Positions 52,189-62,647 of a stretch of 64,000 bases of DNA are shown one piece after another (within the stretch, counting starts at the first letter, position 1; each line of letters begins with the position of its first letter). A program made the translations under genes and the position numbers. Under the pieces are notes generated by a model that was not told the origin of the DNA, searched no databases, and saw nothing but the letters and a program-made list of their open reading frames with translations. Where the stretch lies: NCBI GenBank assembly GCA_963782115.1, contig CAWAIK010000001.1, positions 256,001-320,000 on the forward strand. Direction: 5' to 3'. Origin of the DNA: an uncultured Verrucomicrobiae bacterium (GTDB lineage: Bacteria > Verrucomicrobiota > Verrucomicrobiia > Chthoniobacterales > JAFAMB01).

Positions 52189-53646
52189 ATGGATAGTTCT
52201 GCAAAAAGAGGGAAGGATGCAGAAAACTGCTTCGCTGTTTCTAAGGCAGAGCCCGGCGATTCGCGCATCGACCGAAGGAACCTCGCCTTAATAAAATATT
52301 TTGACGGCTTCCTGCGTAGCCCCTTCACGGTATGGATGAGCCTTGCGGCCACGCTCGGCTGGATCCTCCGGCGCCTGGTATTTAAAAGGCAAAACGTTTA
52401 CCGGGTTGATGACCAAAAAGGTCGCAGATATCACTCGAAAGAAGTCGCGCGTATCCCTGGCGGCAAAAAAAAGGGTCTCACCATCTTTTCGATGGGAATA
52501 GAACTGTCCGTGGCTGTAGGGATGAATTTATTAAAGAACCATGTCAAATCCTGGAAAACCGAACTCCAGGCTAGAAGAGAGGACTTAGCGTTCGAAAAGC
52601 CGTATCCAGCTGACATAGTACAACAAAGGGATCCGATAGTTGAAAACCTGCCAGACAATGTTAAGCGGGAAAAATCGCGCCCAGCGCCGGCCCCCAGTAT
52701 AGAAGCTGTTTGGTTTATCTTAAAAACTACTGCGACGCAATGGATCAATGATAAATGTCCCCAACTCGGTGCGGCTTTGGCCTATTTTACCGTTTTTTCG
52801 CTCGCTCCACTTGTGCTGATACTCTTGGCTTTTTTTGGCCTCTTCTTCGGTAGCCAAAATGCCCGTGACAAGATTATAGAGCAACTACAGTTCATGATTG
52901 ATCCAAGCGGGATCAAAGTTATTAAGGACATCGCGGCGAGTGTCTCGAAGCCGCAAAGCAGTATCCTAGCTACTACGCTGGGCATCATCGTCGGATTATT
53001 TGGTGCCAGCGGAGTGTTCGGTCAACTCCAGGACGCGTTAAATACAATCTGGGGTGTAAAAGCAAAACCAGGCGCGAGTTTATGGGCTTTTATTCGAGCG
53101 CGCTTCTTATCTTTTGCGATGGTGGCCGGTGTTTGTTTTCTGCTTTTGGTTTCTCTAACGATTGAAAGTGTTCTCAGGGGTTTGAGCAACTATCTGCAAA
53201 ACCTGCTGCCCGGAGGGCACATTTTGGCTCTCGTTCTTTTTCTTATCCTTGACTTCGGAGTCGTCATAGTTCTGTTTACGATGATTTTCCGCTTTCTGCC
53301 AGATATAAAGATCGGTTGGCGCGATGTTTGGATCGGAGCTTCATTGACAGCCGTGTTGTTCGTTGTCGGAAAGTTTATTCTTGGCCTCTATTTGGGAAGT
53401 GGCGCGGCAGGTTCAGCGTACGGCGCCGCCAGTTCCCTGATTACCTTGCTGTTGTGGATTTACTATTCCGCACAAATCCTGCTTTTTGGCGCGGAATTCA
53501 CACAAGTTTACACTCATACATACGGCTCTCGGGTCGAGCCTGAGGATCACGCAGTGAGGGTTAAGAGATTAGAAGTCGAAGTGCCTACCCCTGAGATTGA
53601 GCAAAAGATGCAAAGGGATAGCGCAAGTGAAGCGGCGCTAAGTTAA
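52189..53646 (+). CDS. YihY/BrkB family membrane protein with long N-terminal extension
   Basis: GAALAYFTVFSLAP, LQDALNTIW, YGAASSL...LLWIYYSAQILLFGAEF; start uncertain. Confidence 0.85.
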   Translation: MDSSAKRGKDAENCFAVSKAEPGDSRIDRRNLALIKYFDGFLRSPFTVWMSLAATLGWILRRLVFKRQNVYRVDDQKGRRYHSKEVARIPGGKKKGLTIFSMGIELSVAVGMNLLKNHVKSWKTELQARREDLAFEKPYPADIVQQRDPIVENLPDNVKREKSRPAPAPSIEAVWFILKTTATQWINDKCPQLGAALAYFTVFSLAPLVLILLAFFGLFFGSQNARDKIIEQLQFMIDPSGIKVIKDIAASVSKPQSSILATTLGIIVGLFGASGVFGQLQDALNTIWGVKAKPGASLWAFIRARFLSFAMVAGVCFLLLVSLTIESVLRGLSNYLQNLLPGGHILALVLFLILDFGVVIVLFTMIFRFLPDIKIGWRDVWIGASLTAVLFVVGKFILGLYLGSGAAGSAYGAASSLITLLLWIYYSAQILLFGAEFTQVYTHTYGSRVEPEDHAVRVKRLEVEVPTPEIEQKMQRDSASEAALS

Positions 53647-53664
53647 GGCCTGTCTGGATGGTTT

Positions 53665-53746
53665 CCAGGGTTGAAATCCTGGGCTGAGTCCTGCAGCCCT
53701 CGGCTTCGAGGCAAAATCGTTCCAAACTCTTAACGCAGCGCCACTC
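53665..53746 (+). repeat. Dispersed repeat, partial copy D (3' half)
   Basis: ccagggttgaaatcctgggctgagtcct...cttcgaggcaa...ttaac...gcgccactc matches the distal half of copies B and C. Confidence 0.7.
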
Positions 53747-53926
53747 TTATCGCGGCCCGACGGCCTTTTTATCTTGGTGAGTCCAAATCTGGTTCGAGTA
53801 GCGAAGTTCCAATGGTCTCGAGAAGTAGAATTGCATATTATGAAAAAAAAGATAGATCCTCAGGAGCCCGTAACCTCGGCAAAGGAGCGCGTTCAAGAGG
53901 CTTCGGAGAATTTGGGGAGATAGTCC

Positions 53927-54346
53927 ATGGATTCCAACGCTCCAGTGGGATCCTCTCCCTCGATAACCTCTGCCGCCGACTCAATCCGCAGATGGATTGC
54001 CTCTCTGGTTCTTTATCTCGAGCTGAGGGTCAGACTTCTCGGGCTGGAATCGAAAGAGGCCGGCGTACAGTTGCTGATATTGGGGCTGCTGTTGGTGAGC
54101 GCGCTGGTCTTTCTTGCAGGCTTTCTGGTGATGCTCATTGTTTTCCTTCTCTATCTTCTGATGCTGATCTTCCACTGGGAATGGGGTTGGAGCGCATTGG
54201 CCTGTGCAGGAGTGTCGCTCCTCATGAGTATCGTTGCCGGCATAATATTTCGATTTCGGATCGTCAAACCGCTTTTTCCAACCACCTTAGCCGAATTTAA
54301 AAAGGATCGTGAATGGCTGACTCACACGACAACAAAGAGCGAATAA
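53927..54346 (+). CDS. YqjE/DUF1469-like (holin superfamily III) membrane protein
   Basis: R..LL.LE.KE, two TM helices, F..T..E.KKD.EWL. Confidence 0.75.
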   Translation: MDSNAPVGSSPSITSAADSIRRWIASLVLYLELRVRLLGLESKEAGVQLLILGLLLVSALVFLAGFLVMLIVFLLYLLMLIFHWEWGWSALACAGVSLLMSIVAGIIFRFRIVKPLFPTTLAEFKKDREWLTHTTTKSE

Positions 54347-54458
54347 CGATGGCGTTGGGCGAAAGCTAATTACCAGACATTGAGAACTCTTCGCACCGAC
54401 GAACTTGCTCTTCGCGAACAAAGTAACAAGACATAGCGGCATTGTGAAGTATTCGTCG

Positions 54459-54772
54459 TCACGGCTCGCGACAATCTTTATTAACCACGCCTCTTTTCTC
54501 AGTATGTCCCATGCGCGTAGTGCCAATCTGATGGCGACCATCTCTCGATTGACCGATGATATGGCTGACTCGCTCCGCTTCTGGGACCGACCAATGAAGT
54601 GCCCCAAGTTTCCGAGAGGAGAGCCACTCGGCGAAGCATGCGTGTGCACGAAGTATTGGTTTTACGTCTGCTAAAGTATAGTGAAAGTCGATTGACAGGC
54701 GACGCAGACCATACGCATCACGCTCATCAGAGAGAATCACTCGAGAATCCCTGTTCGGTAGATGCTCACCTC
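54459..54772 (-). pseudogene. GMC oxidoreductase C-terminal fragment
   Basis: HLPNRDSRVILSDERDAYG..., HQIGTTRMG...GVVNKDCR; no N-terminus and truncated at the 3' end. Confidence 0.7.
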
Positions 54773-55110
54773 CGGCTGAGGTTGAGCGTCCTGAGACGCT
54801 TCATCTGACCCAAGAAAAGCGGAAAATTCCGATTTTTGTTTTATGAAACCAGATAACACATGACCTGCGAATGCTTCATGAGCCTTGTGTACCGGTAGCC
54901 ATCCACCATAGCTTATCCATGTGGCGCTTAAAGCCTGAATTGCTCAACAACCTGGAAAGGAATGCAAACCCTGTTTCCGCCCATACCAATCCCATCTTCC
55001 TCCCGAGCGGTTTTCTAAGCGTTTCTCGAGCGCGAGCATCTCACGAGAGCTTTAGCTGATGAGATGTTCGCGCTGCGCATCTCCTTACTGATCATCAACC
55101 CGAGGTCAGA

Positions 55111-55956
55111 ATGAAAGATCTGGTCTCCCTTTATAAGGATGTCGCACGCGAATACATCCACATGGCCTCGGATCCTGTTCAGATTCGACATCTGGTCGAC
55201 CGCGCCGTGCGGATAGCCAAGGTTGAGCGAACGGTCACCTGTATTGTCATTCCCAATGATGTGCAGGAACTCGATGCCGTGGAGGCGCCGCCGCGCGCGC
55301 ACGGTACCATCCATTCGGGAATCGATTTTTCGATTCCGCGCGTTATACCGAAGGAAGTAGACCTTCGCCGGGCAGCTGATTTGCTAAACGCTGGCCAGAA
55401 AGTAGCAATGCTGGTGGGCGCCGGTGCGCTACAGGCAGCGGACGAAGTGCTCGAGGTAGCGGACCTTCTCGGCGCGGGGATTGCGAAGGCACTCCTGGGA
55501 AAAGCCGCGTTGCCAGACGATCTCCCGTTTGTCACGGGTTCGATCGGTTTGCTGGGTACCAAACCCAGCTCCGAGATGATGACCAATTGCGATACCCTGC
55601 TGATGGTAGGATCGAATTTTCCTTATTCGGAGTTTCTGCCGAAGGAGGGCCATGCTCGCGGGGTGCAGATCGATATCGATGGTCGCCTGCTAGGTCTCCG
55701 CTACCCAATGGAAGTTAATCTTATCGGAGATAGCGCCGAAACGTTGCGTGCATTAGTTCCCTTCCTCAAACGGAAATCGGACCGGGCCTGGCGCAAGGGA
55801 ATCGAAAAGGGGATGTCCGATTGGTGGAAACTCCTTGAGGCGCGGGCCATGCAGAATGCGGACCCTATCAATCCACAGCGGGTATTTTGGGAATTGTCGC
55901 CGCGCCTGCCCGACAATTGCATTCTCAGCAGTGACTCTGGTTCGGCGGCGAACTGG
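55111..55956 (+). pseudogene. TPP-dependent enzyme (pyruvate oxidase-like) internal fragment
   Basis: DLVSLYKDVA...IPNDVQ, ALLGK, GSIGLLG, QIDID, INPQRVF, SSDSGSAANW; both termini missing. Confidence 0.8.
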
Positions 55957-56431
55957 TGGGAAGATCTGCGAATTACTGGAGGCGCCGATCCACTCTCACT
56001 TGGCGCTAACAATAGCGGCAAGGGCATAGGTGGCGGTTCTGTTCACTGGGCCGGGTTTGCACCGCGATTTCACCCGTCCGATTTTCGAGTGTATTCCGAG
56101 GACGGAGTGGGTGCCGACTGGGCAATTACTACGCGCACCTGGTCGGCGGCGCTCGGATGGGTCATGACCAGCGTACCGCAGTCGTCGACGGCTTCGGGCG
56201 GACCCCCGACATCCGAACCTCTTTGTGTGTGACGGTAGCATTCTACCGACGCAGGGATCGGCTAATCCCGGCCTGACTATCCAGGCCTTGGCTGCGCGAA
56301 CGGCCGATTACCTCATTTCCCAAAGCAATGAGATTTTTACCTCAAACAAACGCAGTTTGAGCCGTCCGCCGGTCCGGCGAAATCTCTCGCCCCCAGGTAC
56401 CCATGGCCCAGGGGCGCCACGGGTGCGGTAA
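55957..56431 (+). pseudogene. GMC oxidoreductase, two fused fragments
   Basis: GKGIGGGSVHWAG...DWAIT joined directly to AHLVGGARMG...VVD.FGRT and NLFVCDGSILPTQGSANP.LTIQALAAR, with frameshifts. Confidence 0.8.
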
Positions 56432-56556
56432 CCTGCATTTCTTCACCTCTGTCGACACTGCGGACCGGATGGTATTCGGACTTGTCGTTTCCTCTCAGGC
56501 CGAGCAAGAATAGCACCGCTGCCATTGCTTGCCGCGCCAAGGCGGCTCATCCAACC

Positions 56557-57402
56557 ATGCCCGAACTTGCTGAAGTCGAATTTTTCCGCCGGCAATGGGA
56601 TTCCGGCTTCGGTTCGCGGGTGATTGGGGTCGCCCTGCATCCCGAAAAGCGGGTCTTTCGCGGTACCGATGTCGCCGCCATGGAAAAGGCGCTGACCGGT
56701 GCAAGACTCCTCAGTTCTGAGGCGCACGGGAAGCAGATGCTCTTTCGCTTTTCGCGTGGAACATCGCTCGGAATTCATCTCGGCATGAGCGGCCGGTTAC
56801 GCGTCGAGGCCGCCGGGATTTCTCCCGGTAAACACGATCACCTGGCGTTGTTCCAGGAGAAGCGGAGCCTGGTTTATTCCGATCCGCGGATGTTCGGACG
56901 CGTCCGGTTCGCGCTCGGCAGAAGGGTGCCGGAGTGGTGGAGAAATTTGCCTCCCGCGGTGATTTCAAACACCTTTACGCTCGCCGTGTTGGGTGAACGA
57001 TTGCACCGGGGACGGCGTTTGCCGATCAAGGCCGTGCTGCTTGATCAGACGGTTTTTCCGGGAGTCGGCAACTGGATGGCCGATGAAATGATGTGGCGGG
57101 TCAAGCTGCATCCGGCCACGCGCGCCGGCGATTTAAGCGCTTCGCAACAGCATAATCTTTGGCGGGCCAGCCGCGCGATCTGCCGAATGGCGCTGAAAAC
57201 GATCGGCATTGACTGGAGCGAACCGCCGAAGAATTGGCTGATTCATCGTCGCTGGCAGAAACGCGGTCGCTGCCCGCGCGACGGCACCTTGCTGGATCAT
57301 GGAACGATCGCCGGCCGCACTACTGCTTGGTGCCCCGTTTGTCAGAAGCCAAGCAGACATCCGGCGCCCAACTCGAAATCTCCGAGGAAAGTGCTCGCTT
57401 GA
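56557..57402 (+). CDS. Fpg/Nei family DNA glycosylase
   Basis: N-terminal MPEL, GK, HLGMSG, DPR.FG, LLDQ..FPGVGNW, CPRD...CPVCQ zinc-finger region. Confidence 0.9.
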   Translation: MPELAEVEFFRRQWDSGFGSRVIGVALHPEKRVFRGTDVAAMEKALTGARLLSSEAHGKQMLFRFSRGTSLGIHLGMSGRLRVEAAGISPGKHDHLALFQEKRSLVYSDPRMFGRVRFALGRRVPEWWRNLPPAVISNTFTLAVLGERLHRGRRLPIKAVLLDQTVFPGVGNWMADEMMWRVKLHPATRAGDLSASQQHNLWRASRAICRMALKTIGIDWSEPPKNWLIHRRWQKRGRCPRDGTLLDHGTIAGRTTAWCPVCQKPSRHPAPNSKSPRKVLA

Positions 57403-57452
57403 AGGAATTCCTTAACTACCTATTAGAAGTTCGTTCCGGGGAATTTCCAAGT

Positions 57453-57941
57453 TCACAAGCCAAGGTCGCTGAGTCCCGGGTGCTCCAGTGGGCGAGGGTG
57501 CGAAGAATCCCAACGAAACTTGCGCTCGGATTCTTTAATTGGCAGATCGTTGATGGATGCGTGCCGGTGATGCATCAGTCCATTTTGATCAAAATCCCAG
57601 TTCTCGTTGCCGTAAGAACGAAACCAATTGGCTGAGTCGTCGTGCCACTCATAAGCGAAGCGCACCGCGATGCGGCTTTCGTCAAAAGCCCATAGTTCCT
57701 TGACGAGTCGATAATCCAGTTCCTTCCTCCATTTGCGCGTGAGGAACTCGATGATGGCTGTCCGATCCTGCATAAATTCTGCGCGATTGCGCCACCAGCT
57801 ATCGACAGTGTACGCCAGAGCTACTTTTTCCGGGTCACGACTGTTCCAGCCATTCTCGGCCAGTCGCACTTTCTCGATCGCGGTCTCGCGGGTGAAAGGG
57901 GGAAGCGGCGGACGGGGAATTATCTCGTTTGATTTGCTCAA
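57453..57941 (-). CDS. DUF1348 / NTF2-like family protein
   Basis: [32 protein letters not shown]. Confidence 0.9.
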   Translation of the reverse strand: MSKSNEIIPRPPLPPFTRETAIEKVRLAENGWNSRDPEKVALAYTVDSWWRNRAEFMQDRTAIIEFLTRKWRKELDYRLVKELWAFDESRIAVRFAYEWHDDSANWFRSYGNENWDFDQNGLMHHRHASINDLPIKESERKFRWDSSHPRPLEHPGLSDLGL

Positions 57942-58146
57942 ATTCTGCCTTTTTAATTAGTTGGTTTTTTTCCGTGGTATGAACCGTTCAAGTGATATAG
58001 GAGGTCAAGGCTAGTGCACCGTCTCGCAAGGAACCACTTGAGCTGTCGTCCCATTGACCCGTAAAAGTCAATATCGATCCAAGGCGAACAGGCTAGACGG
58101 AGTGTCAATTTCCTTCAAGAAAGAACCTTACCGAGGAAAGCCCGCA

Positions 58147-58405
58147 TCACGCTGTTGAATTGCTCCGGCCTTTGCAGCGGTGCGAATGGCTCACGCCGGG
58201 CAGGAGGATCAATTCCGCTCCGGGAATACTCCGGGCGAGATACTCGGCATGTTCGGGCTTGATAAACTCATCATGCTCGCTTTGTACGATCGCGACGGGC
58301 ACATGGATATCAGCCATATCGCGCGCAGAATAATTGGGTTGCGTCTTCATCATCCGACCGACCGCTGCGGCAAATGCTTTGAATTGGTCCGGCGTCGCCG
58401 ACAGC
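58147..58405 (-). pseudogene. Alpha/beta hydrolase C-terminal fragment
   Basis: IHVPVAIVQSEHDEFIKPEHAEYLARSIPGAELILLPGVSH; no N-terminus. Confidence 0.7.
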
Positions 58406-58808
58406 ATGCTGGATAGCCATTGGTGCGTGTTGGATGCTGCCCAACGCGGATGCCATCACGACTGCCATGGGCACGTTGTTAATCAGGTTCGTCCCCAGGG
58501 CGGCTCCGGCCGTCCCGACTATTACCGCTCCGGGGGTCGTTCCACCGGATAGTTTCAGCAGCCAGCTACCAAACATGGTCGTGAGGCCAGTATCCTCGAT
58601 GGACCGAACCACGATAACCATGCCTGCGATAAACCCAAAGATGGACCAGGAAATACGCTTTCCTGTCTCATAAAGAGTTGACTGCTTCCAGTAAAGTGCC
58701 CCGATCAGCAGCATTACCCCTCCAGATAGCGCAACTAGCGAAAGCGGAAACTGTATCGCTGACGCTATCACGTAAGCCACCGCGATCAAGGTCAGCACCC
58801 CGCAGGTA
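58406..58808 (-). pseudogene. ArsB/NhaD family transporter internal fragment
   Basis: WSIFGFIAGM.IVV..IE..G and GTNLINNVP; both ends missing. Confidence 0.7.
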
Positions 58809-59296
58809 TACCGGGATTGATCGTGCCGGTTGTCTGACCGCCGTCGCGATCCAACGGACTGTTCATTGCGAATTCTACCAGCGGAATGACGTTTCTAAAT
58901 GGACGCAACCACTCCACTTCCTGAACATGCTCTTGCAAGTAGGGCAGGCTGTATTCCAACGCGAATCCCCAGTCCAGTGCATTTGGATCGCCTGATTCAC
59001 TTGGGATTACATATCCAAACGATATAAGTGGCTGAAATTCCGAGCGCGAACTTGGGAAATATCTCCTTATCGAACTCAGAGCTAATATCGATTTCTCGAG
59101 TCCTTGGAGCGCCTCCTCCAGCGGGATTGTTAAAAACAGAGACGACCGGCAGCGAGAGTTCATCCACTGCAAAAGGATCATCGGTTCGAATCGTCGGAGG
59201 GAAAAAGCGATCTCCCTCGAATCCGTGAGCACGGAGTTTTGTCGTGAGACTACAAACAGCAAGCACAGCGAAAGAGGCTGTTCCTGCAAGTTTCAT
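58809..59296 (-). pseudogene. Secreted/outer-membrane protein with internal deletion
   Basis: Signal peptide plus AHG..GDRFFP.T..TDDPF..DEL, then a frame jump at about 59025 to WGFALEYSLPYLQ...IPLVE...GTINPG. Confidence 0.6.
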
Positions 59297-59670
59297 GGAA
59301 CGAATTAGATGCATGTAACACGTGACCCCGCCTCAGGTTAGTAGCATGTAGATCCTTGGCTCGGATTCCTGCGCTCCCCGCCCGAATGATGTCATCGATA
59401 AATGGCATATCTCCTGACAAGAGTTGCAGCATCAAATCATGCTCCGAGTTCTCATTCGCAGCGAGCTGTTGATCAGCTCTCTTGTGTCTTATGCTGTCGA
59501 CAAGAGATTTAGGATATTGCTCGTACATGATTTTGCTTAGTTGAATCATTCAGCACCATTTCATCGTCCGCTTGCGAACATGATAAAAAACCAAAAGAGA
59601 AATCCTTTACAATATATCGGAGAGCGATATGTTGTCACATCTTACCAGGGTTCTTGACAATTTTTGATCT

Positions 59671-60036
59671 ATGTATCCGCCGAAGAAAGTTGGCGTGGAT
59701 CCCATTTGGAATTACACGGAAGTATGCCCGGCAGATTTGATCAAGTCTTTGCACTTGGAGCACGCTGTAATTAATAAGGATGAAGTTGTGCGAGCGGAAT
59801 GGTTCTGGAGTCGACGACCGAAGGTTCTATGCGCCAACTTGATATCTTTTTTCTTCTACATAATCGTTCTTGTTTGTCTTATCTATTTTGTTCCGCAGAG
59901 TGCTTTATTCCTTATGGTATGGATGGTTGCCGGGGCGAGTTGTGTGTTTGTAGACTGTTTTCGTCTGGAGCGATGGAAAAAGGAATACGCATCCAGTATT
60001 AAACGGCTTTTTTTCCCTCTGTTGAAACGCAGATAA
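59671..60036 (+). CDS. Hypothetical membrane protein
   Basis: Two TM segments; AT-richer DNA. Confidence 0.45.
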   Translation: MYPPKKVGVDPIWNYTEVCPADLIKSLHLEHAVINKDEVVRAEWFWSRRPKVLCANLISFFFYIIVLVCLIYFVPQSALFLMVWMVAGASCVFVDCFRLERWKKEYASSIKRLFFPLLKRR

Positions 60037-60312
60037 TTGGAAGCAACTGTTCGAAAATAGACATGCTTTGGCCTCAGAGAGCTTCGTCGACGGGCTACTA
60101 AGTATTGATGCTGGCTATGGATGAAGAAAGCAAAGGGGACAATAACAACTTAAATATCGATGGCAGGTCCGCAGTCAGTAGAGACCCATTCCGTCTTCTG
60201 CTCGAGATCGAGGCCCATTTTCGCGCGGAAGATAGAAAAAACCCTTCGCTGAAGCGGGTACAATCGCGCCCGAACTTGCCAAGAAGGGACAAGAAGCGCG
60301 CCAAGTAAATGT

Positions 60313-62487
60313 CTAGATTGGGTCAGATGATCGACTCAGCTGAGCAATCTTTGGTCCTAAATTGCAACGCTCGACCACGTTCGCATCGCCTTTGAGCACC
60401 TCGAACTCCGTTCGCTCGCCCTCTCGCCTGAAGTGGATGTCGAACTTATGCTTCCCGATCCGGAGGTCTTGAATCGTCAGGTCAGGTAACCATGACGGAA
60501 GTGAGGGATCGACGTAGAGCTTGTTGCGTGGCGCATCGGGTAGGAATCCCAGCAACGCCTGCATCAGCATAAAGGCCGAGCCCGCCGCCCAGGCCTGCGG
60601 TACATTCGCGCCGATATACTGCACCGGAAAGTTCGTCTCGTTCCGCTCGAACGCGGTGTAGAGCTCTGGCAGCTGGTTAAGCAGGAAATAGCTCGCTGCC
60701 TCGCCAATGTCGTGGGCGATCTGTGCCGCCTCCGCCGCGAAGCCATAGGACTTGAAACCCATCGCGATGATTGAGTTATCGTGCGGCCACACAGAACCGG
60801 TTTGATAATTGTAGGGGTTGAATGCTGGATTAAGAGCGGAAAGCGTGCGGATGCCCCATCCAGACCACATATCCGGTGCCATCAGGCGTTTCACCACTTT
60901 CTTAGCACGATCCGGAGTCACGATCCCTGACCAAAGGCAGTGTCCTGCATTGGAGGCAACGGTCAGAACTTTCTTCTTCTCGCCATCCAACGCGTAGGCG
61001 TAGAAGCCTAAATTCTCATCCCAGAAAACTTCGTTGAACCGATCAAAGATTGTGGCCGCGTTCGCGCGCAGCGCCTGTGCTCGCTCGGGCTTGCCCAACG
61101 CATCGAAGATCTCGGCCATCCGCACCCATGCATCGTAGACATAGCCTTGAAGTTCGCAGAGCGCCTTGGGCCCCTTCACTAATGTGCCGTCTGGGTAGAC
61201 GACGGAATCACCGGAATCCTTCCAACCCATATTCTCGTAGCCGACTGGAGAGCGCGTTTGATATTCCTGGAAGCCGTCGCCGTCAAGGTCGCCATAATGG
61301 TCGATCCAGGACAGGCAAGCCTCGGCAGTCTTGAGATGTCGCTCCAGAAGTCCCCGGTCGCCGGTAGCACGCCAAGCAGCGTGCAGCGCGATCAGATAAA
61401 GTGGCGTCGCGTCTGCGGTGCCATAATAGGGCGTGTGCGGAATGAGCTTAAAATGCGCAAGCTCACCATAACGCATTTCGTGCAGAATCTTACCCGGCTC
61501 GGCGTCGCGGTAGTTGTCCTCTTCTTTCGCCTGCAGCGATCCAAGAATGTCCAGCGTCCCGCGAGCGAATTCCGGATAGATCAGAATGTTTTGCAGTGAG
61601 ACAATCAGGCTGTCTCGGCCAAACGGAGCAACGAACCATGGAAGGCCGGCCGCCGGCAGGAAAACCTTGTGATCCGTGCCTTCAAACGGCAGGCGCAGGG
61701 CGGCCATGTCCGCCAGAGCCTGACAATAAAGGCCACTGAACTCCTGGTTGCTTGTACGGATCTTAAGGACTGTCCGCAGCCAGTCCGCCATCGTCTCGGC
61801 GTGGTGCGACTTGTGAGAATCCCCAATGCACTCCCGCGGCGGGGCGAATTGTTTGTCAGCATCCTCCAACGTATACAGCAAGCATGTATGCCAAGATTCT
61901 CCCGGCTCCAAACCGACCTCAAAGCTGAGCCGGCCATTGGCGTACACTCCCCTTTTATTTGAATGGGCCTTAATCGTTACTGAACGACTGAAATCGCTGT
62001 TGCGGTAGACCGTACGCAGTTGCTGCCGCGAGTCCACCCATTCTGTGATAATCCGCCCCCGCCGCACGATGTGACCCGCTTTCACCTCGAATATATCTGC
62101 GAAGTCGCATCGGAGCGCGATTTCCAGCTGGAACTTCGCCGGCTTCATGCTGTTGTTGGTGATATCGAGATCCTCGTGCATGCCGCCGCTGATCGACCGG
62201 CTTATGGTAAGCCCCAGCTTCCGCGGCGAAATTGTGCCGTCTTCGGTGAGAATGGATCGATTGGTGAGAAAGATACGTGAGGTGTAGTAGGTGATGGCGC
62301 CGCCGTTGAGTAGCTCCCAAGCTTCGCCGTTAGCGTAGATTCTCCAACTACCGACGACGCGGGTGTCTAGGAAGTAAAGGCCCTTTTCGCTTGGCCAGTT
62401 AATCTGCCCGTCCTGCTCGCTGATTAACACTGTCTGACCCTGGTGAATGGAAATTTGGGGTGAACCGACCTGGACCTTGAAAGACAT
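60313..62487 (-). CDS. Amylo-alpha-1,6-glucosidase (glycogen debranching enzyme family), second paralogue
   Basis: DFADIFEV, AGLPWF..FGRDS, EPGKILHE, YYGTADATP, GWKDS, GSVWPHD, LPELY. Confidence 0.92.
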   Translation of the reverse strand: MSFKVQVGSPQISIHQGQTVLISEQDGQINWPSEKGLYFLDTRVVGSWRIYANGEAWELLNGGAITYYTSRIFLTNRSILTEDGTISPRKLGLTISRSISGGMHEDLDITNNSMKPAKFQLEIALRCDFADIFEVKAGHIVRRGRIITEWVDSRQQLRTVYRNSDFSRSVTIKAHSNKRGVYANGRLSFEVGLEPGESWHTCLLYTLEDADKQFAPPRECIGDSHKSHHAETMADWLRTVLKIRTSNQEFSGLYCQALADMAALRLPFEGTDHKVFLPAAGLPWFVAPFGRDSLIVSLQNILIYPEFARGTLDILGSLQAKEEDNYRDAEPGKILHEMRYGELAHFKLIPHTPYYGTADATPLYLIALHAAWRATGDRGLLERHLKTAEACLSWIDHYGDLDGDGFQEYQTRSPVGYENMGWKDSGDSVVYPDGTLVKGPKALCELQGYVYDAWVRMAEIFDALGKPERAQALRANAATIFDRFNEVFWDENLGFYAYALDGEKKKVLTVASNAGHCLWSGIVTPDRAKKVVKRLMAPDMWSGWGIRTLSALNPAFNPYNYQTGSVWPHDNSIIAMGFKSYGFAAEAAQIAHDIGEAASYFLLNQLPELYTAFERNETNFPVQYIGANVPQAWAAGSAFMLMQALLGFLPDAPRNKLYVDPSLPSWLPDLTIQDLRIGKHKFDIHFRREGERTEFEVLKGDANVVERCNLGPKIAQLSRSSDPI

Positions 62488-62647
62488 TGGGTTTGAATTG
62501 TCCCATGCGGGACTCCAGTTAATTCCACACAGCGTTTGAATTTTCGCACTCGATCGTCGCTCGTCAAGATAATCGGAGAGTGAAACATCCCCGGAAATGA
62601 TGGCCAGGCATGGTTCGACGCTCAACATGCACCGCCAGTTGGACAGC

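Noticed and set aside
53927..54346. Prophage lysis gene
   Set aside because: YqjE/DUF1469-like proteins are common cellular proteins; no phage genes nearby
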